Assembly: GCA_964455675.1 (NCBI GenBank)
Contig: CAYVYK010000002.1
Location: 71,791 to 135,790, forward strand
Length of the DNA stretch: 64,000 nt
Reading direction: 5' to 3'
Source of the DNA: an uncultured Methanosarcinales archaeon
Lineage (GTDB): Archaea; Nanobdellota; Nanobdellia; Woesearchaeales; CAYVYK01
The notes beneath the pieces are model-generated. The model saw only the letters and a list, made by a program, of their open reading frames with translations. It had not been told where the DNA came from and did not search any database. Shown here in pieces: positions 1 to 10,160 of the stretch. The translations under genes were made by a program, and so were the position numbers. How positions within the stretch are numbered: the stretch's first letter is position 1; every line of letters begins with the position of its first letter.

Positions 1-1
1 T

Positions 2-3000
2 ATGCCAACCCCAGAGCCAACGCCTGAGGAGGAGATTGGTATCATGGGCCCGGGTGATTGCCCTGTCGTCAGTTATGATGAAGATCAAAACATCGTCGTG
101 AATGGTGAAAAATTCCTTCCTGTGGGCTTCTGGTCAGTGTACTGGGGGAGTATTGGGCAGTACCCTGAGTTTAAGGAGAACTTTAACTTCATTGTCGATG
201 ACAAGCAAGAGCTAGTGGATTATATTGACGATCCCGCTTCCGATGACAGTGTCTACATGCTGTGTCAGTCTGCAGTGACTGTGCAGGGAGATACCATTGT
301 GCCAAATAGGCTTGCTACGTACGCTGATAGCGAGCACATTATCGGATGGGAAGTCCAGCATGAACCAAACGATTTTGCCTATTACGATGATGACATTGAT
401 GAGTGGATATATGCCAGCCTTACTGGGGATATTCCTTTACAAAGTAGTGTAATTCGTACAAATGATCCATGCGCACGTTTTGTTCTGCTCACGCCCTCGA
501 TTACCGGAGCAATATCAGGGTACCTCGGAAATCATTCGGAATACGCAGATATCGCCGGAGTGCAGGCGGGATATGCAGTCCCGCGCATTTCTCTTTCGGA
601 AGTCGGCAATAGGATTGCTATATCTCAGTCGTACCACCCAGATAAACCTGTTATGCTTGTGATGAAGTTTGTGGGTTATCAGCCAAATCGCATCCGGTAT
701 TACAACCGTGAGAGTTCCCTACAGGAACTGAGGGTTCAGGCGTATGACGCCCTCATTAACGGAGCACAGGGAATACTCTTCTATCATTTCTCAAAAGGTA
801 CGGGTACGGATATTGATGGCGAAGTATCGCCAAATGAGTATTCCGTTCTTGATTCCCCGCAACTCCTTGCGGGACTTGAGAGTCTGGCGGATGATATTCA
901 CAGCAACGAAGACATAGTTTTTTCCCCATTCTCATCAACGGTATCAGTTACATCTCCGGATGAGAATATTCACTGCAGCGCATGGGATGTGTCGGAAGGA
1001 GATGCCGGCGTTGGCGTCATGTGCGTGAACATCGCTGATCAAAGATCACCTTATTTTGGTTATGCAATGGGTGATACAAACTACTTCGCAAAAACACACC
1101 TCATGACCTCCGCCGACTATCTGAGCGGAGAAGCGAGATTATACCCAAAATTTCAGTGCAGTGATTTGGCTGACAATGATGGGGATCATTTGGCGGACTT
1201 GGACGATCCTGATTGTTCAGGTGGTGATGATGATGAGGAAGGAGCCTCTCACAGTCCGAACCTTGCCATGCGTACCGACACGCTGTATATTACTCCAGTC
1301 AAGCTTGGTGTAACACTCGAGAACGATGAGGTTTCCCACCTGTATGTCGATTTTGCAAGTGTCCCAGCTGGCGGAGCCGATATCGAGATTGCGGTTTATA
1401 GTGATGGTAATCCCTCGTATACCAATCCAGATCCGAACATGGACGCTCACTTTGACATTCATCGTGACGAAATTCCTGACACACAGCTTCTGCGGCAGAC
1501 AGTGCATATTCCAACCTCAGGCATACACGTGATCGCGCTCTCATCATCACTGCCTCTTCAGCATACGAGAGTATATTTTGTTCTGCTCAAAGCATTGACT
1601 TCTGGAGTAGTCGTCAAGGGCAGCTACGTCCGCTATGAAGTCATCAGCCTTCAAGGTAATGCTGCATTTCTTGATGAAGAAGGCCAGGGAGAAGTTCTCT
1701 GGCGAGGATTACCAACGGACACCGTGCTGACATTTTCAGGGCTGAGTGGTGTTTCTAAGACATTCACCGTTGAAAGAACTATGGCTGACACTGCCAAGGG
1801 TCTTCTCGTCCAAAACGAGTTATGGGAGTCATTTGCACCATACGCTGTTCACATCTATCGATTCCCAGCGTGCGTAGCAACGGAGACTTGCGGTGATCAG
1901 CTCGATAATGATTGTGATGAAACTATTGATGAGGGATGTACCGCGCTGCAGTCAAGAAAGCTCGGATTGCTCTGGTTACCATACACGGCAAGCCGCCCGA
2001 CAGCATTTGACTGGATGCAGCAGGTTGACGAGCATGGCTTCAAGGAGATTGTTGGTCCGTTTGACTATTATGCTACTACTGCGTATTCCGCTCCTTTGCA
2101 AAACATGGCTGACGCTGCATCACAGTACGGTATTGATCTATACCCAAAAGTGACCTTTTATCACCAGTTTGAAGACAAGGGCATCACGAGGAAAGGGGTA
2201 TTCTATGATTTCGATCAGCATGTCCTGAGAGACAGCGATCTCGCTCCGCCGCTGGATGAGGAATACTGGGAATACCTTGGAGACCTGGCAGTGGAGCTTG
2301 CAACCTTCTCCCAAACATCTATGCCAAGTATCAAAGGACTTTTCTTCGACTTCGAGATTTTTTATCATAACGATGAGGTTTTTTATTATTACTCAAACGA
2401 GAGCAGCTATGATGATGAGACGTTCGGCTTGTTTATCGACGAGATGAACTTTGATGGACAAAATCCGCCGATATCCAATGATCGGAGATTTGAGCGTCGT
2501 GATTGGCTCCAAAGCCATAATCCACCGCTGCTGAATGAGTATAGAGACTTCGTCAATCGTCTGGCAAGAAAGCGCACAGCAGATTTCATGCAAAGGATTC
2601 ATGAGGTGAATCCAGAATTTATTATCGGATCATACCAATCACCGAATTGGCGATCAGCCCAAAATTCTCCTCCGAATATGATGTATATGTATCCACTGTA
2701 TTTCGAATTCTACAAAGGATGGAAATCACAGGGGAACTATCTCCTCTTAGGAACGGAAATGCATGCGGGTGGTGGTCATGATAACCTTCCAGAGATAGGT
2801 GCAAGAAATGGAATGTATGATTACCGGCAAATGAAAACAGGCGAGATCATTCCATTATACTATGTGGGAGGTTTTTTGAGTGGTCGTTATAGTTTGGAGG
2901 AAATTGTCGAGATGTATTACACCGCATTGCTAAGTAATGGATATTGGTATTATGATGCTGAAGGACTTTTATTGAATTGTGAGGATGTATGGGAACCAAT

Positions 3001-6000
3001 ACCGGTATGCCATCCCGACATTCCCCAAGTCTGTTGTGATGCTCCCTTCACTTTGATTTCGCAGCATAGCGAATGGATCGCGCTCTGTTGTCAACAGGGA
3101 GGTATTCCGTTTGAGCAGTCAGGTGGGCAAATTTTTGATGCCTTCTCAGAGATTAATGCACTCCTCGAGACGTGTGGCGACGGTATTTGTGAACCTCCGG
3201 AAACGGTAGATCTTTGCCCGGAAGATTGTGTTGTCGGTGAAAGTCTTGATTATCCAGATCCCAACATGGGATGCATTGCGGATGTTGTTCCAGATGGTAC
3301 AGTAGGTTTTCTAGACAGTAGCTCTATGGCAGATTATCTTGGACGGACTGATTGCGAGTATGCGGACAGTCCGAATGATTGGTGTGACTTCCACGATCTT
3401 GACCGTGATGGCGATGTTGATCAAGCTGACGTTAATATCATTGTTTCTGCGGTCGCTCAGCCCTGCGACTGCCATCTCGATCCAGAATTGTGCGATGGGT
3501 ATGATAATGATTGCGACGGCCTGTATGACTCGCAGGAGGGTTGTGCGTGTATCAACGTCCAGCATACCGCGTGCGAGTCCCAGCAGGGATCGTGTGCTGG
3601 CTGTGAAAAGGTTTGTGTTGAGGGTGCATGGCAGTACCCAAGTTCTGAACTGTGTTCGGACGGCTCTGATAATGATTGTGATACGCTAATCGATCTTGCT
3701 GATCCAGCCTGCGCCGGACAGACATGCATCGAGGATATTGATCAGGATGGAGCGCTCACGTTCGATGACCTGAATTACCTTACAAACAACATGGGTAGAA
3801 CGGATTGCAGATATGATAGCTTGCCCACAGACTGGTGTTCATTTTCCGACATCAATCGTGATGGTTCTGTCAGCCAAGCGGACATGGATCTTCTTATGGC
3901 TGCCTTCAACCTACCGTGCACATGCGGCGATAATCCTGAATTGTGTGACGGCTACGACACTGATTGCGATGGTACAATAGATGAGGACTGTAGTTGCATT
4001 AACCAGCAAACCGCCGCGTGCGCAATCTCATATGCAGAATGTTCCGATGATTACAAAACATGTTTGAATGGTCAGTGGGGTACGTGCACAGATCCGTCAT
4101 GCGATGCAGTGTTGGATTTCATGCTTGATGTAGGTTCAGGAAATGAGCTTGATGTCACACGGCCTATCTACATGGCGGACTCCGGTGTGACCGGCATACA
4201 GCAAGATGGTGAGATCAACTATCGATCGGTTTATGAGGGAGACTATCTGCAATTTTTCATAAAAAGCGATAGTGTTCCTGTGGACGAGAATGGTGTTCCA
4301 AATCGAGACGCTATTGTTGAGGTCCATTTCCGTGATGACGTCGATGAGACGCATTGCGATGAATATAGCAGTTACCAGTCATACTGTCGTCCAAGGCTTC
4401 AGGTGAAGCTTGACTACCGCGATATCTTCTGGCAGGAGCTTGATGGTATTGGTGGCGGCGCTTCGCACACGTGGGAAAATGCCTATAATTTTATTGAGAC
4501 AAGTCCCTGGCAGACGCTACAGTCAATAGGTGGATTATTCAGCTTCCGGATTTTCAATCAATGGAGAGTAGGACCCCAGGAGGAACTCCCGATTGATTAC
4601 ATTAGAGTAACATTCGTGTCCCCAGAAGAGTTACGCCAGCAGCGCCAGGCTTACCGTGCGAGTTATGGAATGAATAGAGTGGATTTTATTGATACCGTGA
4701 CAATTGATCCAATAGACTACCCGCTCAATTATGTGCTCTACAGTCGGAATTATCTTAGCAGGGTATTTCCTTCGTCAGTTCCCCGTAGTGATGAAGTACT
4801 GACGGTGCTCCATGCTTTTGAGATTCCGGGATATCGCGAACCCGTAACATTCTCAGTATATGCGTTCGAGGATCTTCAGAATGTGCATGTCACTGTATCG
4901 GATCTTGTTAATGGAGCAGAGAGTATACCCTCAGCAGATGTGGATGTCGCACACGTTGTCCTGCACGACATGCGCTGGTCTTCGGTATCGACAAACATTT
5001 ACGGAAAAATGCCAGATTATCTTGACCACGCAGATTCACTGACGATCCCTGCCTTGACAAGTCAGCAGTATTGGTTGACGATTTCAGTTGCAGATGGCAC
5101 GCCCGCGGGAGTATATGAGGGCACAATCTCTGTTACCGGTGATAATATGCAGTCCGCGAGTATCCCTGTCACGATTGAAGTGATTCCGATCGAGGTAGAT
5201 CTTCCGGACGCTTCACCAACGATGTATGGTGACCCATTCTATAGTGGACGCCGCCTGTCTCATCCGCAAAGTCTTGCCGCGGATCTCTTAAAGAATGAGG
5301 ACTTAAGTCCGATCGTTTGGTTCGTTCCGCAGCTGACGCTCACGGGATCTCCCGGTAATTATCATGTGAATGTCAATTATCTTCATCACGAAAGAAACGT
5401 ATCATATTTGGAGTCCATTGGTGGTCTGCCTGACAATGTTATGGTTGACATGCGTGAAAATACACAGCCTATTTGGAACGGTGTGTGCGGATCAATCCCT
5501 GACTTCAACGAACCGTGCCCCGCATTTGATGAGCTGTACCTTGAAGTTCTCGAGGATTACAAGGCATTCTTCGCCGCAAGAGGAGCGACAAATATCACGG
5601 TGACTTGGGGAGATGAGGTATGCAGTAGGCCCAACTCAAGGATGCGGAGTACGTATATGAATCGTCTATTCCAGCGCGCCGGTTTGCAGACATACCAGAC
5701 GTATTACGGATACTGCGAGAAGCCGCTGGACGGATTTGTGTTCACCTATGATAACAGCGATATGGAAGTACATAATACACCGCCATCGTGGGTTCTTCCG
5801 GATAAGAACCTCGTTGCATACTGGGATTTTGAGGGTAACGCTCTCGATCGGTCACAAAACGGGATACACCTTACGCTGTCAGGCTCGCCCGTATTCGCGA
5901 ACGGTGCCATCGTGCTAGATGGTATTGATGATTTTGCATACACTTCGAATACGCGTTGGCTCAACATGCTGTCGAATATGACTATTCTCGCGTGGGTCAG

Positions 6001-9000
6001 TAAGGGTGAGGAGGACACTGCCGGTTCCATCGCCGGGTGGTATGAAGGAGGTCATAATCTATACATCGATGAGGATGAAGCTGTTGCGCAGTTGCGATTT
6101 CAGGATGGTAGTCATTTCCTGAGAGTCCCTGGCTTTGGATCGAGTGATGAGTGGATGGCAATCGGGATGGTCTTCAATTATTCAAATGTCACTGTATATC
6201 GTGACGGTGCTCCGATGAAGAGCAGTGATTGGGGATTGCAGCACGTGCGAGCTGGTTCTGGGAATTATTGTATCGGAAAGCATTGTAGTGCTACCTGGAA
6301 TTTGCATGGCCGTATATCGGAACTCTTCATTTTTAACCGATCACTTGATACTGAGGACATCATGCAGATATTCTCTGCAACAGGAATGACGCTGAGTTCG
6401 CCACAGACCATCAATATTTCCACAGGACTACTATGGGATGCCACGATGCCGAGCAGCATATATTTTGCCGTCGATGATCAGAGATCTACTGGTGCTGATG
6501 CTGAATCCCTTAAAAGATTGTACATCAACGATAGGGAAGTGTGGAACATAAGGGGGCTAGCGTACGATTATCCAAAGTTCCATGTAGATCTTTCCTCCTA
6601 TCTCGAGCCAGGCGTAGAGAATGATGTTACGTTCTCCATCACGATGGACCATTCAACTCCAGAAAACGTTACAATCTATGTCATTGATGACTTCTGGCGA
6701 AATCGAGTCTGGCAGATGAATACTGAGAGTCAATCATGGCAATATCGTGAAACACCTGACCCTGCCGGAGTCCTCGCGCCCATGGGACCTTGGCTTGATA
6801 ATCGCGTGTATCATCTGAGCCATTTGAGTTCACTCTCTCCAAGGCGCACGAGGGATGAGGGCGACCAGCTCGCATATTACACCACGTATCCAGCTACGGA
6901 ACCGCCGCTCGTATACAACCGTTTCCTCAATGGCATCTATGCGTCTTCGCTGAATGCATCATATGTTATGACCTATGCGCTCGCATCGTTTGCAAACGGC
7001 CAGCCGTATGACGAAGTTGGCAAATCGCATACTATGAGAGAGTATTACCAGGGGCTCAGCAATTATAACCTTGCTTATCCGACTTGGGGATCCGAGGTAC
7101 TTCCAAGGCTCCAGTTCGAAATCCTTCGTGAGGGAATTGAGGACTCCCGTGTCATTGCAACGCTCAAGAGGACCATGGTTGAGCGCCCGGGCCCGCGAGC
7201 AGACGCTGCACAGAATTATCTGAAGTCTCTGTTCTTGCCGCTTGAAGAAGCGTTCTGGACGGAATATCATGGAAGTGGGATCTCAGATCCCCCAGAAATG
7301 TTTTATAATGGAGAACCAGAGATACTTGAGGATGTAGCTGGAGATCCTGAAAATTATGGAATTTTCGACCAGATTCGAAGGCAGATGCTTGAATATATCA
7401 TGATCATGGACCAGGAATATTGTGGTAATGATGTGTGTGATCCTCTTGAAACGTACGCGATCTGCCCTGCAGATTGCACCGTGGGAGAATATTGCGGTGA
7501 TGGTTCATGCACGGGTAACGAAAATGCGAACTCCTGTCCTGCCGACTGTGAATCAGTCTGCGGCGACTCCTTCTGCACACATAGCGAGAATCCTCTGACC
7601 TGTGATATTGATTGCCCCGATGTGTGCCCGGATGGTTACTGCTCAAGTAGGGAGAACGCTGTTATATGCGAAGAGGACTGTCCTGCAGAGTGCGGTGACT
7701 TTGCCTGCACGCATGATGAGACATATGCAAGCTGTCCTGGTGATTGCCAGCCAATTTGCGGTGATTCATTCTGCAACGGCGCGGAAACTCCGCTCACATG
7801 CGAAGAAGATTGTCCTCACGAATGCGGCGACACCTATTGTTCAGGACCGGAAACACCTGCGACGTGTTCGCTTGACTGTCCTCCTGTCTGCGGTGACTCC
7901 TTATGCACGCCTCCGGAGAATGCGAATTCTTGTGGCGTGGATTGTCCACCCGATTGCAGTGATGGCTGGTGCACTCCTCCAGAATCTCCATTGACTTGCG
8001 TTGATGACTGTCCGTCGGTCTGTGGGGACGGCATGTGCACTCATGGAGAGGGCGCCGTCCAGTGTCCGCAGGACTGTGATGCCGTGTGTGGTGATCTTGC
8101 TTGCACGCACAATGAAGACTCCACATCATGCCCAAGCGATTGTCCGATTCATGTGGTATGCGGTGACGGTATCTGCAATGGCGGTGAAAATCATGCAGGC
8201 TGCCCAGTTGACTGTCCGCCCATTTGTGGAAATGATCTTTGTGAACCACCCGAGGCTGCTTCGTCATGCCCAGTTGATTGCGATGCCGTCTGTGGTGATG
8301 GTGCGTGCACACATCTTGAAAGTCCTCTCTCGTGCAACAGTGATTGTCCAAGTGTGTGCGGTGACCTCATGTGCACTGCTGGCGAGAATCCCTCGACCTG
8401 CGCGATAGACTGTCTGGCCTCATGCGGCGATGGATTTTGTTCGCACAATGAGGATCCGCTATCATGCAACGCTGACTGTCCGAGCGTGTGCGGTGATGAC
8501 ATGTGTACAGCAGGCGAGTCACCCTCAACATGCGAAGCCGACTGTGATGCGGAGTGCGGTGATGGAGATTGCACCCATGCGGAGAACTCACTTACTTGCC
8601 CTGCCGATTGCCCGCCCGTATGTGGTGATACCGTTTGCGCGTCGACAGAAAATCCTCAGAACTGTCCTGCTGACTGCACAAGCGTGTGTGGAGATGACCT
8701 CTGCACCATTCCAGAAAATCCGGTATCGTGTCCTGCTGACTGCGACTCATCGTGCGGCGACTTGTACTGCATCCCTCCTGAAAACGCGGCCATCTGTCCA
8801 AGCGACTGTGTAAGCATGTGCGGTGACCTTATTTGCCTCCCTCCAGAAAATCCCCTCATCTGTCCAGGCGACTGCGCGAGCTTATGTGGCGATGGGCTCT
8901 GCACACATCAAGAGAATGGAGTATCATGTCCGCTTGATTGCCCAACGCCTGATTCCTGCGGCGACGGTACATGCAGCGGGGACGAAACACATGCGAACTG

Positions 9001-10045
9001 CCCTGCAGATTGCCCGGTCATTTGCGGAGATGATGAATGTATAAATCCTGAGACACCCGTATCCTGCCCCGCGGACTGTGATAGCGTGTGCGGAGATGAT
9101 GCTTGCACCACCGGTGAAACACACACGAACTGTCCTGATGATTGTGAGGCAATATGCGGCGATGATATCTGCAACGGTGATGAAACACCGTTATCCTGTG
9201 CGAGCGACTGCGATAACGAGTGCGGGGATGATATGTGCACACATAATGAACGGCCTTGGAATTGCGAGGAGGACTGTCCTAGTGTTTGCGGTGATGATTA
9301 TTGCACCCAGGGTGAAACGCATGATTCCTGTCCTGACGATTGCGCACCAGTTCCGACATGCGGCGATGGTTTATGTAATGGCGCTGAGACCTATGCCTCT
9401 TGCCTGGTTGATTGCCCAGCCCCACCAAGCGGCGGTGATGATGATGACGATGGTGGGGGAGGCGGTGGAGGTGGAGGTGGAGGAGGCGGATGGGTGCCAC
9501 CACCATCGCCGACACCGGTGTGTACGTACAATTGGACATGCCAGGAGTGGTCCGCATGCATGAGTGGCAGGCAGATCCGTATATGTATTGATGAGAATGA
9601 GTGTGACTCTCCTCGGAATGAATCACGGGACTGCGAAGATGTTCTGTTGAACACTTCGCATTGCTCAAACGGTGTATGGGATGAGGATGAGGAGGGTATT
9701 GATTGCGGTGGATCGTGCAATATTCCATGCACTGAAGAACCTGCAGCACTCATCCCCGAACTTGATGCTCCACAAGGATCATTGTGGCAGACAGTAAGAA
9801 TTCCGTCCATGATTGCAGGAGCTGTTGTGATTTTGGCTCTGGTCATTGTCCTAACAAGTGTCATCTCACGTAGAATGCGCAAGAACGGTGCATGGAGCAA
9901 GATTACGGAATCCCTTGATCCGTATGCAGGTGGAAAGACGTATGTTCGCAACATGCGCATCCAAGGGCACTCAGAGGCAAGGATCAAGCGCCAGCTCATA
10001 GAAAGCGGATGGACTGATCATCAGATAAAGAAAATTCTCTCTTGA
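2..10045 (+). CDS. Giant membrane-anchored surface protein (probably 5'-partial): glycoside hydrolase-like domains, dockerin/EF-hand-like modules, LamG, Cys-rich repeats, C-terminal TM
   Basis: 3347-aa ORF open from the window edge. Motifs: IIGWEVQHEPND and YDALINGAQGILFY (GH-like barrel); DxDxDGxV EF-hand pairs; ELCDGYDNDCDG; PAGVYEGTISV...EILREGIED (GH123/DUF4091-like); LVAYWDFEG...GRISELFIFNRSL (LamG); TM helix near the C-terminus. Confidence 0.8.
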   Translation: MPTPEPTPEEEIGIMGPGDCPVVSYDEDQNIVVNGEKFLPVGFWSVYWGSIGQYPEFKENFNFIVDDKQELVDYIDDPASDDSVYMLCQSAVTVQGDTIVPNRLATYADSEHIIGWEVQHEPNDFAYYDDDIDEWIYASLTGDIPLQSSVIRTNDPCARFVLLTPSITGAISGYLGNHSEYADIAGVQAGYAVPRISLSEVGNRIAISQSYHPDKPVMLVMKFVGYQPNRIRYYNRESSLQELRVQAYDALINGAQGILFYHFSKGTGTDIDGEVSPNEYSVLDSPQLLAGLESLADDIHSNEDIVFSPFSSTVSVTSPDENIHCSAWDVSEGDAGVGVMCVNIADQRSPYFGYAMGDTNYFAKTHLMTSADYLSGEARLYPKFQCSDLADNDGDHLADLDDPDCSGGDDDEEGASHSPNLAMRTDTLYITPVKLGVTLENDEVSHLYVDFASVPAGGADIEIAVYSDGNPSYTNPDPNMDAHFDIHRDEIPDTQLLRQTVHIPTSGIHVIALSSSLPLQHTRVYFVLLKALTSGVVVKGSYVRYEVISLQGNAAFLDEEGQGEVLWRGLPTDTVLTFSGLSGVSKTFTVERTMADTAKGLLVQNELWESFAPYAVHIYRFPACVATETCGDQLDNDCDETIDEGCTALQSRKLGLLWLPYTASRPTAFDWMQQVDEHGFKEIVGPFDYYATTAYSAPLQNMADAASQYGIDLYPKVTFYHQFEDKGITRKGVFYDFDQHVLRDSDLAPPLDEEYWEYLGDLAVELATFSQTSMPSIKGLFFDFEIFYHNDEVFYYYSNESSYDDETFGLFIDEMNFDGQNPPISNDRRFERRDWLQSHNPPLLNEYRDFVNRLARKRTADFMQRIHEVNPEFIIGSYQSPNWRSAQNSPPNMMYMYPLYFEFYKGWKSQGNYLLLGTEMHAGGGHDNLPEIGARNGMYDYRQMKTGEIIPLYYVGGFLSGRYSLEEIVEMYYTALLSNGYWYYDAEGLLLNCEDVWEPIPVCHPDIPQVCCDAPFTLISQHSEWIALCCQQGGIPFEQSGGQIFDAFSEINALLETCGDGICEPPETVDLCPEDCVVGESLDYPDPNMGCIADVVPDGTVGFLDSSSMADYLGRTDCEYADSPNDWCDFHDLDRDGDVDQADVNIIVSAVAQPCDCHLDPELCDGYDNDCDGLYDSQEGCACINVQHTACESQQGSCAGCEKVCVEGAWQYPSSELCSDGSDNDCDTLIDLADPACAGQTCIEDIDQDGALTFDDLNYLTNNMGRTDCRYDSLPTDWCSFSDINRDGSVSQADMDLLMAAFNLPCTCGDNPELCDGYDTDCDGTIDEDCSCINQQTAACAISYAECSDDYKTCLNGQWGTCTDPSCDAVLDFMLDVGSGNELDVTRPIYMADSGVTGIQQDGEINYRSVYEGDYLQFFIKSDSVPVDENGVPNRDAIVEVHFRDDVDETHCDEYSSYQSYCRPRLQVKLDYRDIFWQELDGIGGGASHTWENAYNFIETSPWQTLQSIGGLFSFRIFNQWRVGPQEELPIDYIRVTFVSPEELRQQRQAYRASYGMNRVDFIDTVTIDPIDYPLNYVLYSRNYLSRVFPSSVPRSDEVLTVLHAFEIPGYREPVTFSVYAFEDLQNVHVTVSDLVNGAESIPSADVDVAHVVLHDMRWSSVSTNIYGKMPDYLDHADSLTIPALTSQQYWLTISVADGTPAGVYEGTISVTGDNMQSASIPVTIEVIPIEVDLPDASPTMYGDPFYSGRRLSHPQSLAADLLKNEDLSPIVWFVPQLTLTGSPGNYHVNVNYLHHERNVSYLESIGGLPDNVMVDMRENTQPIWNGVCGSIPDFNEPCPAFDELYLEVLEDYKAFFAARGATNITVTWGDEVCSRPNSRMRSTYMNRLFQRAGLQTYQTYYGYCEKPLDGFVFTYDNSDMEVHNTPPSWVLPDKNLVAYWDFEGNALDRSQNGIHLTLSGSPVFANGAIVLDGIDDFAYTSNTRWLNMLSNMTILAWVSKGEEDTAGSIAGWYEGGHNLYIDEDEAVAQLRFQDGSHFLRVPGFGSSDEWMAIGMVFNYSNVTVYRDGAPMKSSDWGLQHVRAGSGNYCIGKHCSATWNLHGRISELFIFNRSLDTEDIMQIFSATGMTLSSPQTINISTGLLWDATMPSSIYFAVDDQRSTGADAESLKRLYINDREVWNIRGLAYDYPKFHVDLSSYLEPGVENDVTFSITMDHSTPENVTIYVIDDFWRNRVWQMNTESQSWQYRETPDPAGVLAPMGPWLDNRVYHLSHLSSLSPRRTRDEGDQLAYYTTYPATEPPLVYNRFLNGIYASSLNASYVMTYALASFANGQPYDEVGKSHTMREYYQGLSNYNLAYPTWGSEVLPRLQFEILREGIEDSRVIATLKRTMVERPGPRADAAQNYLKSLFLPLEEAFWTEYHGSGISDPPEMFYNGEPEILEDVAGDPENYGIFDQIRRQMLEYIMIMDQEYCGNDVCDPLETYAICPADCTVGEYCGDGSCTGNENANSCPADCESVCGDSFCTHSENPLTCDIDCPDVCPDGYCSSRENAVICEEDCPAECGDFACTHDETYASCPGDCQPICGDSFCNGAETPLTCEEDCPHECGDTYCSGPETPATCSLDCPPVCGDSLCTPPENANSCGVDCPPDCSDGWCTPPESPLTCVDDCPSVCGDGMCTHGEGAVQCPQDCDAVCGDLACTHNEDSTSCPSDCPIHVVCGDGICNGGENHAGCPVDCPPICGNDLCEPPEAASSCPVDCDAVCGDGACTHLESPLSCNSDCPSVCGDLMCTAGENPSTCAIDCLASCGDGFCSHNEDPLSCNADCPSVCGDDMCTAGESPSTCEADCDAECGDGDCTHAENSLTCPADCPPVCGDTVCASTENPQNCPADCTSVCGDDLCTIPENPVSCPADCDSSCGDLYCIPPENAAICPSDCVSMCGDLICLPPENPLICPGDCASLCGDGLCTHQENGVSCPLDCPTPDSCGDGTCSGDETHANCPADCPVICGDDECINPETPVSCPADCDSVCGDDACTTGETHTNCPDDCEAICGDDICNGDETPLSCASDCDNECGDDMCTHNERPWNCEEDCPSVCGDDYCTQGETHDSCPDDCAPVPTCGDGLCNGAETYASCLVDCPAPPSGGDDDDDGGGGGGGGGGGGGWVPPPSPTPVCTYNWTCQEWSACMSGRQIRICIDENECDSPRNESRDCEDVLLNTSHCSNGVWDEDEEGIDCGGSCNIPCTEEPAALIPELDAPQGSLWQTVRIPSMIAGAVVILALVIVLTSVISRRMRKNGAWSKITESLDPYAGGKTYVRNMRIQGHSEARIKRQLIESGWTDHQIKKILS
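7421..9415 (+). repeat. 30 tandem ~22-aa Cys-rich coding repeats (CGDxxCxxxExxxxCPxDCxxx)
   Basis: Counted directly in the translation; 4 Cys per unit. Confidence 0.95.
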
Positions 10046-10095
10046 GCATGATATGCTCAGTATTTATATGCCTCGAGGGTAGAGCTGAACCTATG

Positions 10096-10112
10096 GCGAA
10101 ACCTTTATATAC
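10096..10112 (+). promoter_or_regulatory. Putative archaeal BRE/TATA promoter of psmB-aCPSF1
   Basis: GCGAAACC-TTTATATA about 50 nt upstream of the psmB ATG. Confidence 0.45.
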
Positions 10113-10160
10113 TCAGAGCCGTCCTCTATACCGTAGAAAATAGTTCTTAAGGATGATTAT

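Noticed and set aside
7421..9415. Periodic tgcggtga/tgcggcga DNA motif as a CRISPR array
   Set aside because: The units are degenerate at wobble positions and in frame; they are protein repeats.
7354..9999. Many overlapping alternative-frame and antisense ORFs in the Cys-repeat region
   Set aside because: They are shadows of the repetitive coding frame, with no SD or protein-like features.
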